DNA of 63,236 bases, the filler included, from Lenisia limosa (Eukaryota; Protista; Breviatea), in assembly GCA_001655205.1 (NCBI GenBank). It is 12 parts of 12 records of this genome, joined end to end, with 100 filler letters (N's around TTAATTAATTAA, not from the genome) between each part and the next. Parts side by side here need not be neighbours in the genome. Positions count along the whole stretch, not along the records: positions 20,192 to 24,719 come from LPNZ01001530.1; positions 24,820 to 26,675 come from LPNZ01011080.1; positions 26,776 to 36,629 come from LPNZ01005794.1; positions 36,730 to 45,280 come from LPNZ01004845.1; 8 more parts are not named here. One strand, given 5' to 3'. The stretch's first letter is position 1, and each line of letters starts with the position of its first letter. Positions 23,201-36,879 of this stretch are shown one piece after another. The position numbers and the translations under genes are program-made. The notes below the pieces were generated by a model. That model ran no database searches. It was not told the DNA's origin and saw only the letters and a list, made by a program, of their open reading frames with translations.

Positions 23201-24100
23201 TTTCACTGAGCGTAGGGGGCCCCTGTTTTTCTACTGTGAATGAAAATGTTGTGACGAGTAACAAAAAAATTGAATATGTATATATTATACAAGAAAGGAG
23301 GGTTTATTGGAGCTATTTTAGTGTGCGATTGATTGTTTTTTGAATAAAATAAGTATAAATTTTAAGTGAGCGATTGATAAAATAAAATTTTAACTATTTT
23401 TAGGTTATTTTATGAACCTCCTCCTGAGGAGGCAGATAAAAAAGTAAAAATTATAAAATTTATTTTTTAAATAAAATATTACTTCTGAAATATTTTTATG
23501 AAAAGAAATTATTGATAGCCTTTGGGGCTCAAGTGCATAAATCTAGACAGCACAGAATAATGGTCAATCACATAGTACACTCTTGGTGGTAAGTATAGAC
23601 AGCTCACATGGACTTGATATAATCCCTTGGACATTGTCTTGAAGTTGCCATTGTAAGGTTGCTGGGTTCCTGTAAAGAGTCATTACCAGGTTTAGGTACT
23701 AGCAAAGAGAGGGAATAAAAAGAAAGATGTGAAACTCAATCACCTTTCCGTAAAACTAACACTGAGCTCCCATCCTCTTCTCATCTCGGGAGTCTGATTA
23801 GGGGACGAAGAGGTGGGAGACGGGATTTGTCCTTCTTTTTGATTAAAATCACTAAACTGGGGGCACAGTTTCTGGAGGTGTTTGGGGGTGTCTGAAATCA
23901 ATCTGAAATGATAATAAGAACAACTTTCAAAAAGATTACTTGAATTTGACAGAAATGGGGCTCAGAAAATAGACTGCCTGTTAGAATCTTGATTATTTCG
24001 CATCTCTTCATTTTTTCTGTTTTAATGTGAAGCTTTATGGATGGGTTTGCAATTAAAGTAATCAGGACGAATATACTGGACCCTTGTATATAATACAAAA
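20251..24100 (-). CDS. Multi-exon ankyrin-repeat protein (one repeat exon disrupted); N-terminal region unidentified
   Basis: NGDTPLIIACSQENQELAKVCLEHGADVNIKDK, NGDTPFINDCKKENQELAKVCIDHGADANIKDK, EGWTALHKAAKKGHSTAVQTLIQSGADLEA and NGLTPLRYSNSETAAYLRSVGCEE*. Confidence 0.7.
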
Positions 24101-24819
24101 ACCCCTTTAATAAAATACTCCTGTATTCCCTTCAAAGCCAACATAGTTGATATGGATAAGTTCGTATGATCGGCGGCTTCGGATTCTTATGAATTAGTGA
24201 TAATATTATTTACGAATGTAAAATTTACAGGACTCAAATAACGGGAATCCCACATCGAGCCGTTCTGTGCAACTTCTTCTTTCAATCAAAATTGTATCTC
24301 GATTTCATTGACTGCTTTTGTAATTTGAATATTCCAGTTTACTCTCAAAAACATTCAAAATCGCCTAATTATTTTGTACTATCACCTATCAGGAACAATA
24401 AATAATCCGTATCATACATGAATTATAAAAAAATATTACATTAGCATTCATATCAAGAGTGAAATACAACGACATACCATAAAAAGATCTAAAAACAGAA
24501 AGCAACATCAAAATCACTCAACATAAGACGGAAGCGATGAGTTGGAGAAGGAGTGCTGAGGTGGTCAGTTATATATTCAATCATATCAGGACTTAATCGA
24601 TGTTAATATACATATTGTACATATATCTTAGATAGTCTTCATTCAACAGAGCTACCAGGATGAATGGGTGGATTGAGATGATGCAAATTAATCCCCCCAT
24701 TTTTCTCAAGCACTCGCCCNNNNNNNNNNNNNNNNNNNNNNNNNNNNNNNNNNNNNNNNNNNNTTAATTAATTAANNNNNNNNNNNNNNNNNNNNNNNNN
24801 NNNNNNNNNNNNNNNNNNN

Positions 24820-24895
24820 AACCACAATCATGCAGGGGGTATTAACCACAATCATGCAGGGGGTATTAACCACAATCATTCAGGGGGGTATTATT
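24820..24895. repeat. 24-bp tandem repeat x3
   Basis: accacaatcatgcagggggtatta. Confidence 0.85.
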
Positions 24896-25140
24896 GTGTA
24901 CGGGGGGCTTTGACCAACACCAAATGTATATGTCACGTTTCTTGTTATTCTATCAAATTTCTTATATAGTATACATGTATATACTACATTGTGTATCACA
25001 TTTCATCTGATGTTTNNNNNNNNNNNNNNNNNNNNNNNNNNNNNNNNNNNNNNNNNNNNNNNNNNNNNNNNNNNNNNNNNNNNNNNNNNNNNNNNNNNNN
25101 NNNNNNNNNNNNNNNNNNNNNNNNNNNNNNNNNNNNNNNN

Positions 25141-26429
25141 AGTCTCTTCGGAACGAAGGAGAAGGAAACCATCCATGTCTTTTCCTTGGCGTCTGGTATG
25201 GATAGGAGCATTAATCGGGGACAGTTTAACTGCCGTATCTTTATGATCCTAGACTTTACTGCAAATAAAAGAACATCTTTAATTTTCTAAATCAATGTTG
25301 AATTGTCACAATTATAGTACTTGAAATACTACATAGTACTCTCTGAGTCTTCATGGATCAACATTTACTCCCAGGAAACTGGTGACATTCTATTGGGATA
25401 CTGGAATGACCTTCCAGGCCACTTATATGAACGTTTCCTTCGCATTATGATGCAGTCGGTTCTCGATAACACCGGTGAGAAATGGGAAATGGGCAGATTT
25501 CTAGACAAAGCTCCCCCCCCCCCCCNNNNNNNNNNNNNNNNNNNNNNNNNNNNNNNNNNNNNNNNNNNNNNNNNNNNNNNNNNNNNNNNNNNNNNNNNNN
25601 NNNNNNNNNNNNNNNNNNNNNNNNNNNNNNNNNACTCCCTTGGGGTTTTCTTACAGTACAAGTCCTCCTCTTTGTTGTTAGGAAAATTCCCCCTTTGTTC
25701 CAAGTTACAGCCAACTTGATTTGGGCTTCTTTTTTTTTTTTCATAAATTTCCAATTTTAATTTGACTGTACGCTGGAGTGATGGGATGCGGTGCTGNNNN
25801 NNNNNNNNNNNNNNNNNNNNNNNNNNNNNNNNNNNNNNNNNNNNNNNNNNNNNNNNNNNNNNNNNNNNNNNNNNNNNNNNNNNNNNNNNNNNNNNNNNNN
25901 NNNNNNNNNNNNNNNNNNNNNNNNNNNNNNNNNNNNNNNNNNNNNNNNNNNNNNNNNNNNNNNNNNNNNNNNNNNNTTTCACCGAAATTCTGCCTCCTCT
26001 TGCTGAAGCTTTGGGCTTCGAATATGAACTTGTGGGGGGGGGGGATGCCGATATAAGATTGTGGGGGCGGGATGAATAATTTTTGAGAACAAGAGAAATA
26101 ATATACTACATTAAATATCTTGGGGAAACAATGAACAACAGAGGTTTTCTATTTAAAAAACAGTAATTTAGAGGCAAACCCATTATAACACAAAACTGTT
26201 ATCTTCATTTTATGAAAAATATCGCCAAATCCTGTTTTTTTTCAGGAGTGTTACTTAAAAGAACCTTATGTTTACGTTGTCTGTGACCCCCCAGGTGACC
26301 TACAAATGGCCGCGTTGGCTCTTTGCTCAAACGGAGAAGCAGCGTGTGATCTGGGCCTATAAGATCCTCTTCCTGGACGTGCTGTTCCCGCTTGATCTCG
26401 AGAAAGTGGTCTATGTTGATGCAGACCAG
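25141..26429 (+). CDS. UGGT: UDP-glucose:glycoprotein glucosyltransferase, C-terminal GT24 domain (partial)
   Basis: [11 protein letters not shown]|[18 protein letters not shown]; FEYEL|[45 protein letters not shown]. Confidence 0.93.
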
Positions 26430-26795
26430 GTGGGGAGGTGATGATGATAAAAATGGTGGGAGTGGGGGAGTAAAGAAAGAAATTGTTGAAAAAAAAACAC
26501 TATTCCCAAACATTGTCTGGCTCAACAATTTAAACATACGATGGGTTGAAAACAAACCAAAAACAAAGCCCTGTTGAGAAGGGGAAGGAGAGGGATCGAA
26601 CAGTGAGGTCCTTCGCTTTTACATCCTCCTCATCATCCTCCTCCCGTTTTGCCCTTGATAGTTTCCCAAATGCTANNNNNNNNNNNNNNNNNNNNNNNNN
26701 NNNNNNNNNNNNNNNNNNNTTAATTAATTAANNNNNNNNNNNNNNNNNNNNNNNNNNNNNNNNNNNNNNNNNNNNCCCCCCCCCCCCCGCCTTCA

Positions 26796-27000
26796 GGAGC
26801 GAAAGATGACGGCGGTGAAGGTCATTCAAGTTGTTGGCGAGGACGAAGAAGGTCGAAGCATCGCTTATCACCCCCAGGTTTGAGAGCAATAAATATGATA
26901 CTTTTATTAAATAGTCTTGTAATCAGATAAAACTATTATATAGCATATACATAACAACCCCCCCACAGACACACACACAGCTTTTTGTTATCTATCTTTC

Positions 27001-27048
<48 letters not shown>

Positions 27049-28770
27049 GTCTCTCTCTCTGTCTCTCTCCCCTCCACATCTTACTTGAAGTATCCCCCCC
27101 TCCAATCTCACGACAAAAACTCCTCACCAAAAAGGCCCAAAGCCTGGCAGTAGGCCTGTCATCTGGCGGAGTAGTCATCTTAGACCCCACGTCTCTGCAA
27201 ACCCTGGCTCATCGCAAGGACCTCAAGGATGCTGTGCTTGACATTAAGTACTCCCCTGATGGACGGTTTGGAGGGAGGGGCAAGCTGTGTGTGTGTCCAC
27301 GCGTGATGGTTTGGACGGCTTCGGCCAGATACAACCTTGTGTTTTATTTCTAATATAATTGTTACTCACAAAAACGTAACATATGCCAAAGGCTTCCCTG
27401 CGGTCCGAAAAACCCGTCAAAAATATCGATATTGACCCGCACCCTGATATTTCACTCACAAAACCACCCCGATGTTTCACTCACAAAACCCAGGTTCGTT
27501 GCAGCCGCCAGTGCGGACCATAGCATTGCAGTGTACGCCTTTGGTGACACTCTCACTAAGCATGCTCTTCTCAAGGTAAGACTATCCCTGCAAAAATGAA
27601 TAAAAGTGGTCTTTCGATTTTTTTTCAAAAAATAAGTTCCAAATTCTGCAACTACAGATGTTTTTTTAAAAGAGTGGGGTCAGAGCATTAGGGCAAATGA
27701 TTGGGTTTTTATGCTCTAACCCAATTCTCTTATAAGCATGATGGTGTTAGTATTTTTCCCATCCATCCCCCTCTACCCCCCAGCACGCACACATTTCATT
27801 TTATCAACAGATTCTGGGGGTTTGGTATTATTTTACTTTTTTTTTTTGTTTGTTTCATAAATCTTCCATTCACCCCCCAGGGTCATGCGAACAGTGTTGC
27901 TCACATCGATTGGAGTGCTGACAGCAAAGTAATACGGTCTTCCTCCCTCGGCTGTGACGTGCTCTTCTGTAGGTTATTTCAATCGAAATCATGACTAAAA
28001 TGAGGGGCTTCAACGGGAAATCGGGGAAATTTGGATTATCTTATTCTTAACTAACACAGTGGATGACTTTGTGGATATATTATAGATAAGGATATGTATA
28101 TGTGCGAGGGTGAAGGCGCGCCCTGCGATAATTATTGTGATTTGTTTTTGGTATCCCCATGTATTCTCATGTTCCCCTGGATTTTTTAATATATTTTCTT
28201 GCGCCCAAAAAATATAACAGCCCGTTTACCCTCTAATAGCCTTACTCTACACGTTCCAATTTCACCGTTTTCAGGGGATGCCATGGAAGGTGCCCAGCTG
28301 AAACGTCCGCCAGCACTCCGCAATCTCTCATGGGCATCACAGACAAGTCCGTTCGGATGGGACGTGCAGGGGGTGTTCCCGGCCGGATCCGACGGATCGG
28401 AGATCAATGCGGTGGACGTGGCCACTCAGTCCGGCATCCTGGCTTGTGCGGATAACATGCGTGCTGTCTCCGTTGGGAGGGATAGAATGTACTGTATTTG
28501 ATATAGTATCAGTATATCTTATAAGCGATGGTGTGGATTGCTTCGGCCAGATACAACCTTATTGTTTTATTTCTCATTGCTATATACTGTATCATATGGA
28601 TCCCCTCTCTCCAAATCGCATCTTAACATTTTCAGCTTTTCCGCTGGCCCTCCATCCACCCTGGGGGAGAACACAAGGCCTTCTATGCCCACGCATCTCA
28701 CGTTACTAACGTTCGCTTCTCTGCAGACGCCTCGGTCATTTGCTCTATTGGAGGTAGGAAGGCGATGGTG
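26796..28770 (+). CDS. EML: EML/EMAP-like WD40 microtubule-associated protein, C-terminal part
   Basis: AVLDIKYSPDG; GHANSVAHIDWSADSKVIRSSS; FGWDVQGVFPAGSDGSEINAVD; AHASHVTNVRFSAD. Confidence 0.88.
26998..27072. repeat. (CT)n microsatellite, intronic
   Basis: Direct inspection. Confidence 0.95.
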
Positions 28771-28955
28771 GTGATAATGACTGTGTGTATGTTAGAGGGG
28801 GATGATGATTGTATGTTTGGTTATTTGCTCTACTGGAGGTTACAACGATGATGATGTTGATTATATGCTTGGGTATCTGTTCTTTTGGGGTGGTTTGGTG
28901 ATGGTGATAATGATGATGATGGTGGTGGTGATGATGATAGTGATGATGATTCGAT
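28760..28955. repeat. (GAT/GGT)n low-complexity trinucleotide tract
   Basis: Direct inspection. Confidence 0.85.
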
Positions 28956-29349
28956 TCTCTCTCCCATATTTCCAATCCCTGTCACCCCCCCCCCCCCNNN
29001 NNNNNNNNNNNNNNNNNNNNNNNNNNNNNNNNNNNNNNNNNNNNNNNNNNNNNNNNNNNNNNNNNNNNNNNNNNNNNNNNNNNNNNNNNNNNNNNNNNNN
29101 NNTGTGTTTTATTTTGTATTTGTAGGTTTTCTTTCATTTGTTTTGCGAAACTCGGGTGCAATTTAAAAGGAAATAAACACGTAGAAATTAGGAATCAACA
29201 TATCGTGAAAAACGCCCGTGGATATTAGCTCGTAACCTACTCTGACCCCTGTGATTACACGGAGAGGGCAAATGTGAATTGGGATACCGAAATCTCGCAT
29301 GGAAGCTCACGTTATAATTATATAGTAGTACAGATAAATATATGCATAT

Positions 29350-32218
29350 ATGTTCACACCTAGGCGGTGCACATCACACTCTAGATCCCTAAAATCTCCC
29401 CTTTATATCGCTCGGAGCCCAGGAGGGTACAGGGTGCACACAACCGAAGCCATTTTTTAATTTTCACACAAAATCCATTTCAAATAAATACCATTAGAGC
29501 ATCAAAAGGGGAAGATCCCTGGTTGGAGCTGAAGTAGTAAAGATTATTCAGTAGAAGAGATTAGATCAGATTCAAAAGTGCTTTCTAAAAAGACTAAATT
29601 TATTGAAAATCCTCGTTCAACTGAATATTACTGAATACCATCCCACCATCAGTGACAGGAGCATTGTTACAGACTTCAGGCACATCATATACGTGGCTTG
29701 GAAACGAGTGAAATTCATGACTCTGGAAGGATCGAACCTCAACCTGAGTGGATGAAGGGAAATATATCATATCACTATTTGGGTTATTTTCCCAAGTGTG
29801 CACTATACTGGACCAATGGTCCACCCCATCTCCTAAGAAGTACAAACTTAACCCACATACACTCTACACACCATCCCCCCAAACCAATTTATTATGATCG
29901 AAAGTGCGGAGTTCAAGGTACGAGTATGCTAAAGAATCAGGAAAACAGCTCTGAAACAAACAAAAAACAAATCTCTTGAATCTGAATAGCGAGATAATTT
30001 GCTCATAAAAAAGAATATTTATAAAAGTATTGTTATTTTGTCTTCTTTTCTATCATACATACGTAATCAACACACTATGTAGCATATCATATTGCTTCAA
30101 CTTGCTGAATAATCACCACATGGCCTACGTGGAAACAACTCTCTCAGAATAGTGGTGGTCATATTATCTGTAATGTTAATTATACTCAGAATAATGTTGC
30201 TCATATTATTGTTAAATCTCAGAAGAGTGCTGTTGTTTGAACTTACTCCCCTCCACCCACATTCATTTGTCCCAGTGAACGAGGCAGCTTGGAAGAAATC
30301 ATAATCTACAACCTGGGGAGTAAAATTGGATTTTTTTTTATATTAAAAGGCCCGAATCAACTCTGTTTGCTATTAGCACACGAGGGTTGAAAACACTGCG
30401 GAGTAAATGGAGATCTTCGAAAAAAAATGATACTAATGGAAAAATTGGAAATTTATAAAATAAACCATTTCAAGAAAATTCATTGTTAATTGTCCACATT
30501 CTGTTATGGAGCTGTTGTACAAGATGCCCCACTTATGTAAATTTTCAAAATTCAATGCAAACCTCTCCATCATTAAATTCGGGGAACATGGGGGGTGCAG
30601 GATCATGCGACTTGAAGATCTGAAAATTTATCAAATGGCTGAAGAAGAAAGGGTCTTTCACTTAGGAAACAACAACTTTTTCCAGAAAATTGCATTTTGC
30701 TAGGATAATATGATATGTTCAAAGATGGATAATAGTCAAAATAATACCAAACAATTTCCCCTTGGATTGCAGTGATATGATCATATGATCGATTTTCATG
30801 TTAAAATGCGAAAATAACAGGAGGGTTCATTACGAGTGTATCAGAGTAACAGTGAGACTGATTGGTCAATTTTTTTACGAAGGAATATGAGATACCATAT
30901 TATATCACTATTGAATGTCACTTCACACGTGTGAAAACGACCCAAAAGTAACAAATACTTTGAGATTCACTTGGGTCTGCCTGTCAAGGACCAAAAAAGT
31001 TACAAACCTATGTAATAATATATGACATATCATCAAAATGAGTTTGTTTAGAAATATAACAAAAAGAACAATTAATCTGAGAAATGCGAGCATTCGAGAA
31101 AACCCATCTAATATATCCAAGTGTCGTAAATATCCACTAACCTTGCAAGTAGAAGGTTCCCCAAAGGGAGTTTGGATCATAAAGACTTGCTGGATGGTGA
31201 GATCCTTCATGTAATTGGCTGTAAGTTGAGCTTCACTTCGGTTCAAAAAATACCGGTAAAATATAGGTAGTTTTCGACGATTTATCGGAACCGAAGTGAA
31301 ACCTTTGCTGTAAGCTACTTGAATATTTGCCTTTTTTCGCTCTTATTCATATTTTGAATAAGTCTTACAAATGGGTGACATTTGTTTTACCGTGTGGCAT
31401 TATTGGAACAGAAAATATTACATCTCTTCAGCCTACACTGTTCTCCATATGCCTCTTAAACTATTTAGCTGTTATTCACATTCTGCAAAAAGGGTGGAGC
31501 GCTTAAAGATGCTTTTCGAAATATACTGACAAGCTCTGAGAAGCATCTTCATAAAAGCCTCACCATGTTCTTCATGAGTAGTTCAGCCTTGACGAATGGT
31601 GTTGACGTCCCTTGGTCTACACATTTGTTATATTCAATATGGCACTAGATTTGGATCCAAGTTGTTTAAACCCAATATATCATAAGTTCATTATGTTTGA
31701 TATACTATCAAGCTGAGGTGTGTCAATTCTGAAACTCTCATGGTGTCCAAATATATTTATTTGTTTCATTATATTAATGTCTACTATTCTTGTTCTTCAC
31801 AACTTGGCAGCTTACATGTGAAGTAGCATGACGCCTGGTTGAGATCGCAGGTTCCAAACTCGTCAATGGCATATCCTAAGGTGTTACTGATCTCCCCAAT
31901 TTGAAAATAGAGGAAGTTCGTTCATAACAGCATCACACACAATAAATCCCACCGCAATACACCCGTCCTTCATCATCTCCACTTGCTATACTCATCTTCC
32001 TTTGGTACAATAGTGACACCAACAGTCATTTCGCTCATGGTTAGCGTTGATCCATACACCATATAATAACAACTCATGGTTAGCATACTTGATCCATCTC
32101 TCATAAACCACCCCGTGTTTCGGGCAGAAAACTGAACATAGTCATCCGTTGATGGCTTCGGCACTGTTACTGCATATGCCAGTGTTATTATGGCGAAAAG
32201 GGAGAGGAGAGGGGTCAT
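29350..32218 (-). CDS. Probable secreted multi-exon protein, possibly LamG-like; 3' end uncertain
   Basis: Signal-like start MTPLLSLFAIITLAYAVTVP. Exon segments YAIDEFGTCDLNQASCYFT and GDGVDHWSSIVHTWENN. Confidence 0.5.
31226..31306. mobile_element. hAT-type MITE family A
   Basis: TIR pair with a perfect 8-bp TSD gctgtaag (31218-31225, 31307-31314). Confidence 0.88.
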
Positions 32219-32423
32219 ATTGCGTCGATTCACGATTTCAAAAACTCTAAAAAATGCCGCGGCCGTAATAAGAATTTGTTCTTTCCCGCCAATTTTTGGC
32301 GTTAAAAACGCAGTTATTACATAAAAAAAAGGGGGTGTAGAACAAGAACAGAAGGAATACTTCAAGACAGTTCGAGAAAGAGGTTTTTCATTTCGAAGGC
32401 GACGTTTGTTTGCGCGAACGACA

Positions 32424-35262
32424 ATGACAGAGGCGCCTCTTCCTGACATCACCATTCCCCTAACCCCATCCGCCCCCCAACCGGAGCTTTATGGTCTTTC
32501 CCTTCCGATAGAGACCGAGCAAGTAGATCTCCAAGCCCCGCTCCCCCTCCCCCCTCTCCCTGGCCTCTACGATGGACCCGCTCCTCCCTCCAGCAACGAG
32601 GCAGGCAACACGCTTGTCAACGCTCTGACAGCCTCAGTTGCAGCGGCTTTGACGCTTCCGCCCGGTCCTGAGCGTGGTGAAGCTCTTGCTGAAGCCGTGC
32701 CAACTCTTGTCCATGTGGTGCAGCAACTCGAACAGATGCTTGCTATCCAGGTGGGCGTAACTTCTGGCTTCCCTTCGGTCCGACAAGGCTGATATTTATC
32801 GATGTTTTTTTGAGAAATTCTGTTTTTGGGACCAAAGTGAAGCCCAAGTTCAACTTGAGCAGAGCGAGACTTTCTCATCTCGTGAATGCAACCTATTTTA
32901 CATATGTTTTAAGACTCATCTTTATTTCCCCATCTTTATATATTAAGAAAAAGACGTTTTTTACAACCGACAGGCATCTACATACAAGCCTATTGGAATA
33001 TTTGCCTTAGGTTCTGACTCATGCAGGCTACTCGGCTTCAGTTCCTGGAAAAACACAGTCTCAAGAGACCCAGAAGTTCATGTGGGTGGGGGAGGGGCTT
33101 GTTTAGATCTTGACTGTGAGGGAGTGGGGATCATTTGATACAAGCCAATTCTCCTTCATTCCTCAACCCAATTCCCCTTTAAAGCAGTTATAGTTCGAGA
33201 ATTTTGTCACGGATTACTACAAAAATCGAATTAAGATTTTGGTCAGTTTGAAAATCATAGCTGTTGTTCTTTTATGTCGATAATAATCTGATCTAACTCA
33301 CGCAAGTCACTCGGTTATGGTTCTTTTTGTCCTTCGACCGAAACAGGTTTTGGTACAATAACCACTTAAACTCTTCCAGTCAACCCCCCTGCGGCTTATC
33401 CCTCCCCCACGCCGGAGAGAAACAGGAACACTGCTGGTACCGCCTCTGCCGTGGGGGAGGGGGGTATTGGGTGATCTTTTGTAGATTATTGGAGTATAGT
33501 ATAAGTGTGGGTGTATGGGGGGGTGTATCAGGGCTATTATGTTTTAATTTGGTGATGAAGAAATTAATATTGAAATTGGGTAATTGTATAATGCTGATAT
33601 CGCCGGAAAGAATAACTCTTCCAACCTTGTTAATTCGTTTTTAGCTCACAATCAAAGCAGCTATCCGAGCCTCTTACCTCGAACTCCGCGTCATCCATGT
33701 TGCAGTAGGCGCGGGGGGNNNNNNNNNNNNNNNNNNNNNNNNNNNNNNNNNNNNNNNNNNNNNNNNNNNNNNNNNNNNNNNNNNNNNNNNNNNNNNNNNN
33801 NNNNNNNNNNNNNNNNNNNNNNNNNNNNNNNNNNNNNNNNNNNNNNAGGTTCGACCGAGCTAGGTTCTACTAGATTGAGATTAGTCTTAATCATCTGGTA
33901 TATAGGAATTTAGCATCTATACTTGTACGTGTGTTATATCTTTTCAATTGCTATGGTGTTATTACCTAACCAACTATAGGAATTCAACATCATGGTGCGT
34001 ACTCAAGACGGTGTCGTCTCCACTGAAGGGCTTAAAGCGGTGGGTGGTGGTACGGGATCTATTTGACCCTAGTTTAAAGAGACTTTACTGCAAAAAAAAA
34101 AATGGTGGTGAGGGCTTAAAGGGCACTACGGCGCATCGACTTGGGATTCCCGTGTAGCGTTTGGCAATCCCATAAATTTCTTCGGATTTCCAAAAAATTC
34201 AATGGGATTCCCATGTAAACAAGGAACTCCCAACTTTTTCAAACGAAGCCCAAGTCAATGCGCCGTAGTGGGAGAAGGGTGATTTTTCTTGGACTTTTGG
34301 TGAATTTGGTGAGTTTTCCAAGGCGCTATAACTCACCCAAGTTTATTATTATTATTTTATCAAGTTTTCCATTTTAATATTTTGTCCACAGCTCCAGTAT
34401 TCCTTTTTGATAATCTTCCGTTCTAATATTTCAGGCTCGTTCGAAGTTCAGACAGCGAGTGACTGTGACAACACGACAAATCAAAATGGACAATGTAGGG
34501 TGCGGGATTCGATTATAAAGATAAACTAATATCGACAATGCCCATCCGAAGTAAGGTGGGTATGGGGCATGGTTTTCGTCTTCCTTCCCATTTCGACATA
34601 TTCTCCTCAACCAGCTACTATAACTACTTACTTCAGTTCGAAAAAAGACTGAATTTCTCGATAAATCTTCGATAACTATCGAAATTTTATCTGTCATTTT
34701 CGAACCGAAGTGAAGCCCTTGGTACTATGTTCTTATGCTGCTCATTTCAACTCCCCAAGGTCTTATACTCTGTTCTTTTCTCTCCTTTCAACTTATGCAC
34801 CAGGTTTTCGGTTTCCCCACCCTGCCATCTTCATTTGAGTCTTTCCTCGAAGACTGCTCACTTTCACCTGCTCCTACTGACCAGGAAATCCTGGCTTTCA
34901 CCCCCAGATACCAACTTGTTGTATGCAAGGATTTACTCTTTATTGTTATAATACATATATACATATTACACTGACCACGATAAGTCCTGTCATATTGAGC
35001 TTCATCTTTATTCGTGTCAGGACTTTTCGCCGTAAGATATCAATGTTATAGGGGGGCTTTATCAGATCAACTTGCTGTAATTATGTGAGGTTTTACTATT
35101 TCCTATGTTATTGATAACAACTTGTACTCTATGAGGATTCTATATGTTTTGTTCTGAATGGGGATTTACCTCGACTATATACAGTGACTCTGGTAAGTCT
35201 TGATTGAATTTTCTGAAGGTTGATCTGAGTAAAGACTTACCACGGTCAGCACTCCAGAACTA
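32424..35262 (+). CDS. Hypothetical protein with proline-rich N-terminus; only the first exon (32424-32750) is secure
   Basis: GC-rich ORF MTEAPLPDITIP...QQLEQMLAIQ followed by a GTGGGC donor. Downstream exons are tentative. Confidence 0.45.
32763..32847. mobile_element. MITE family A/B hybrid copy
   Basis: Left end ggcttcccttcggtccga (B-like), right end accaaagtgaagccc (A-like). Confidence 0.7.
34124..34270. mobile_element. CACTA-like MITE
   Basis: TIRs cactacggcgcatcgacttggg / cccaagtcaatgcgccgtagtg. 3-bp flanks ggg / gga. Related degenerate copies at ~57200-57305 and ~61675-61762. Confidence 0.7.
34622..34720. mobile_element. hAT-type MITE family A
   Basis: Consensus core and right TIR. 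Flanks gctactat / ggtactat (7/8). Confidence 0.82.
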
Positions 35263-35412
35263 GGGCTTCCCTATGGTCCGAAAAAGCATATCATATCTTT
35301 TTGTTATAGTTAGTATTGTAAGATTTAGTACCGTCTAAGGGTGTAACAAAAAAATTTATCCGTTATATAAGGATATTGCTAAACACTGCTACGTTTTTTC
35401 TCTGAGTTTTAC

Positions 35413-36600
35413 CTATTTCAGCATGCTGCTTTCAGCCTCCTTGCTTCCAGCCAGCTTCTCCGTTCTAAAGTGCGCGGGGTCTTCTGTAGTCGCATAGCTA
35501 CATATAGCATTATATGTAGGGAGCCATGCAATTAATTGTAATTAATTGCATGCAATTATTTTTTTTTCAACAATTTTTTTCATCTCTGCAATCATTTGGC
35601 AATTAATTACCAATTTATTTTTATATATCCGTAGTTTTCGCTGGGTACAACCGTTGTTATTAAAATTGATCCTTGAATGCTTGTTTTTTTTTTGTTTTTT
35701 GAAGATAATACTATATCGTCAAACAACCCAAAGTAGGTGTTTTCAATATACTGTTGTCATTTTTCATTTAAAACTGTTGAGAATCCCAATTTATGGGTTT
35801 GCAGAAAGAGAGTGCAATTTAAATGGCCATTAGTTGGCAATTAATTGCACGGCACCCTAATTATATGATTATACAATACAGTGACCGCTATAAATCTTGA
35901 CACGGATATTGAGCCTTATCTATCTTGAGTCAATCGACCAGATTTATACATCATGCTATATATGATATGAAGAAAGCCGTTACAACAACACAAGTGTACA
36001 TATGAATAAAGCCGTAGTAACATCACAGGTACTTCCGTCTATGGCCTTTGATTTGGTCGATGCGGCGGTCGGATGTGAAGACTGCTTGAGGGATCTTTAT
36101 GACAAGTTTATTGGGTATGTGCGTGTGTGTGGTATAGTGTGTACTAAATGATACATCATTTTCCTACGACAACACCGCAACAGTGTGACCAGTACCCCCT
36201 CTTAACCGCAACAGTGTGATCAATGCCCCCTCTTAACCGCAACAGTGTGATCAATGCCCCCGAGAGTCCCCAAGAGAAGACAAACGCACTGTCCGCCTTC
36301 CACCGCGCGCTCGAAGTGTAGGGAGGGGTGTAAGTAGGGCTTCACTTTGGCTCGAAAAATAAAAAATGAATTTCTCGATAAGTCCAAAACTGTCGATATT
36401 TTGACGGTCTTTTGCGAACCAAAATGAAGCCCTAGTTTTATGTGTAGTTGAAGATGTGCGTGTGAGGGGATGGGGAGGCAAATGTAAATCGGTTTGAAGA
36501 GGAAATCTGGAAATCTGGAAATCTGACTCCATTTAGGGCTCGAAACAGATGTGACCCTCTCATCATGACCATCATCCGCAAGCATGAGCCCCCTCAAGTA
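35413..36600 (-). CDS. 3' fragment of an unknown multi-exon gene
   Basis: Exon segments NKLVIKIPQAVFTSDRRIDQIKGHRRK and YATTEDPAHFRTEKLAGSKEAESSMLK*. Confidence 0.4.
35517..35859. mobile_element. hAT-type MITE family C, long (343 bp) copy
   Basis: tagggagccatgcaatt...aattgcacggcacccta with a perfect 8-bp TSD attatatg. Confidence 0.88.
36172..36260. repeat. ~31-bp tandem repeat x3
   Basis: accgcaacagtgtgatcaatgccccctctta. Confidence 0.8.
36335..36434. mobile_element. hAT-type MITE family A
   Basis: tagggcttcactttggctcg...cgaaccaaaatgaagcccta. Confidence 0.82.
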
Positions 36601-36879
36601 GGCTTGTTATCAGTACTGATCTCCCCCCANNNNNNNNNNNNNNNNNNNNNNNNNNNNNNNNNNNNNNNNNNNNTTAATTAATTAANNNNNNNNNNNNNNN
36701 NNNNNNNNNNNNNNNNNNNNNNNNNNNNNGGAGGTCACAGTATCGATATTTAATGTTATCTTATTCATCATAACGTGGATGGCTATATTTCGAATTTAAT
36801 CAGTTGTCGCATTTTTTACATATCTATCACATGATATACTATCAACTATTCCGATTATATTCTTCCATCACCACTGTAG

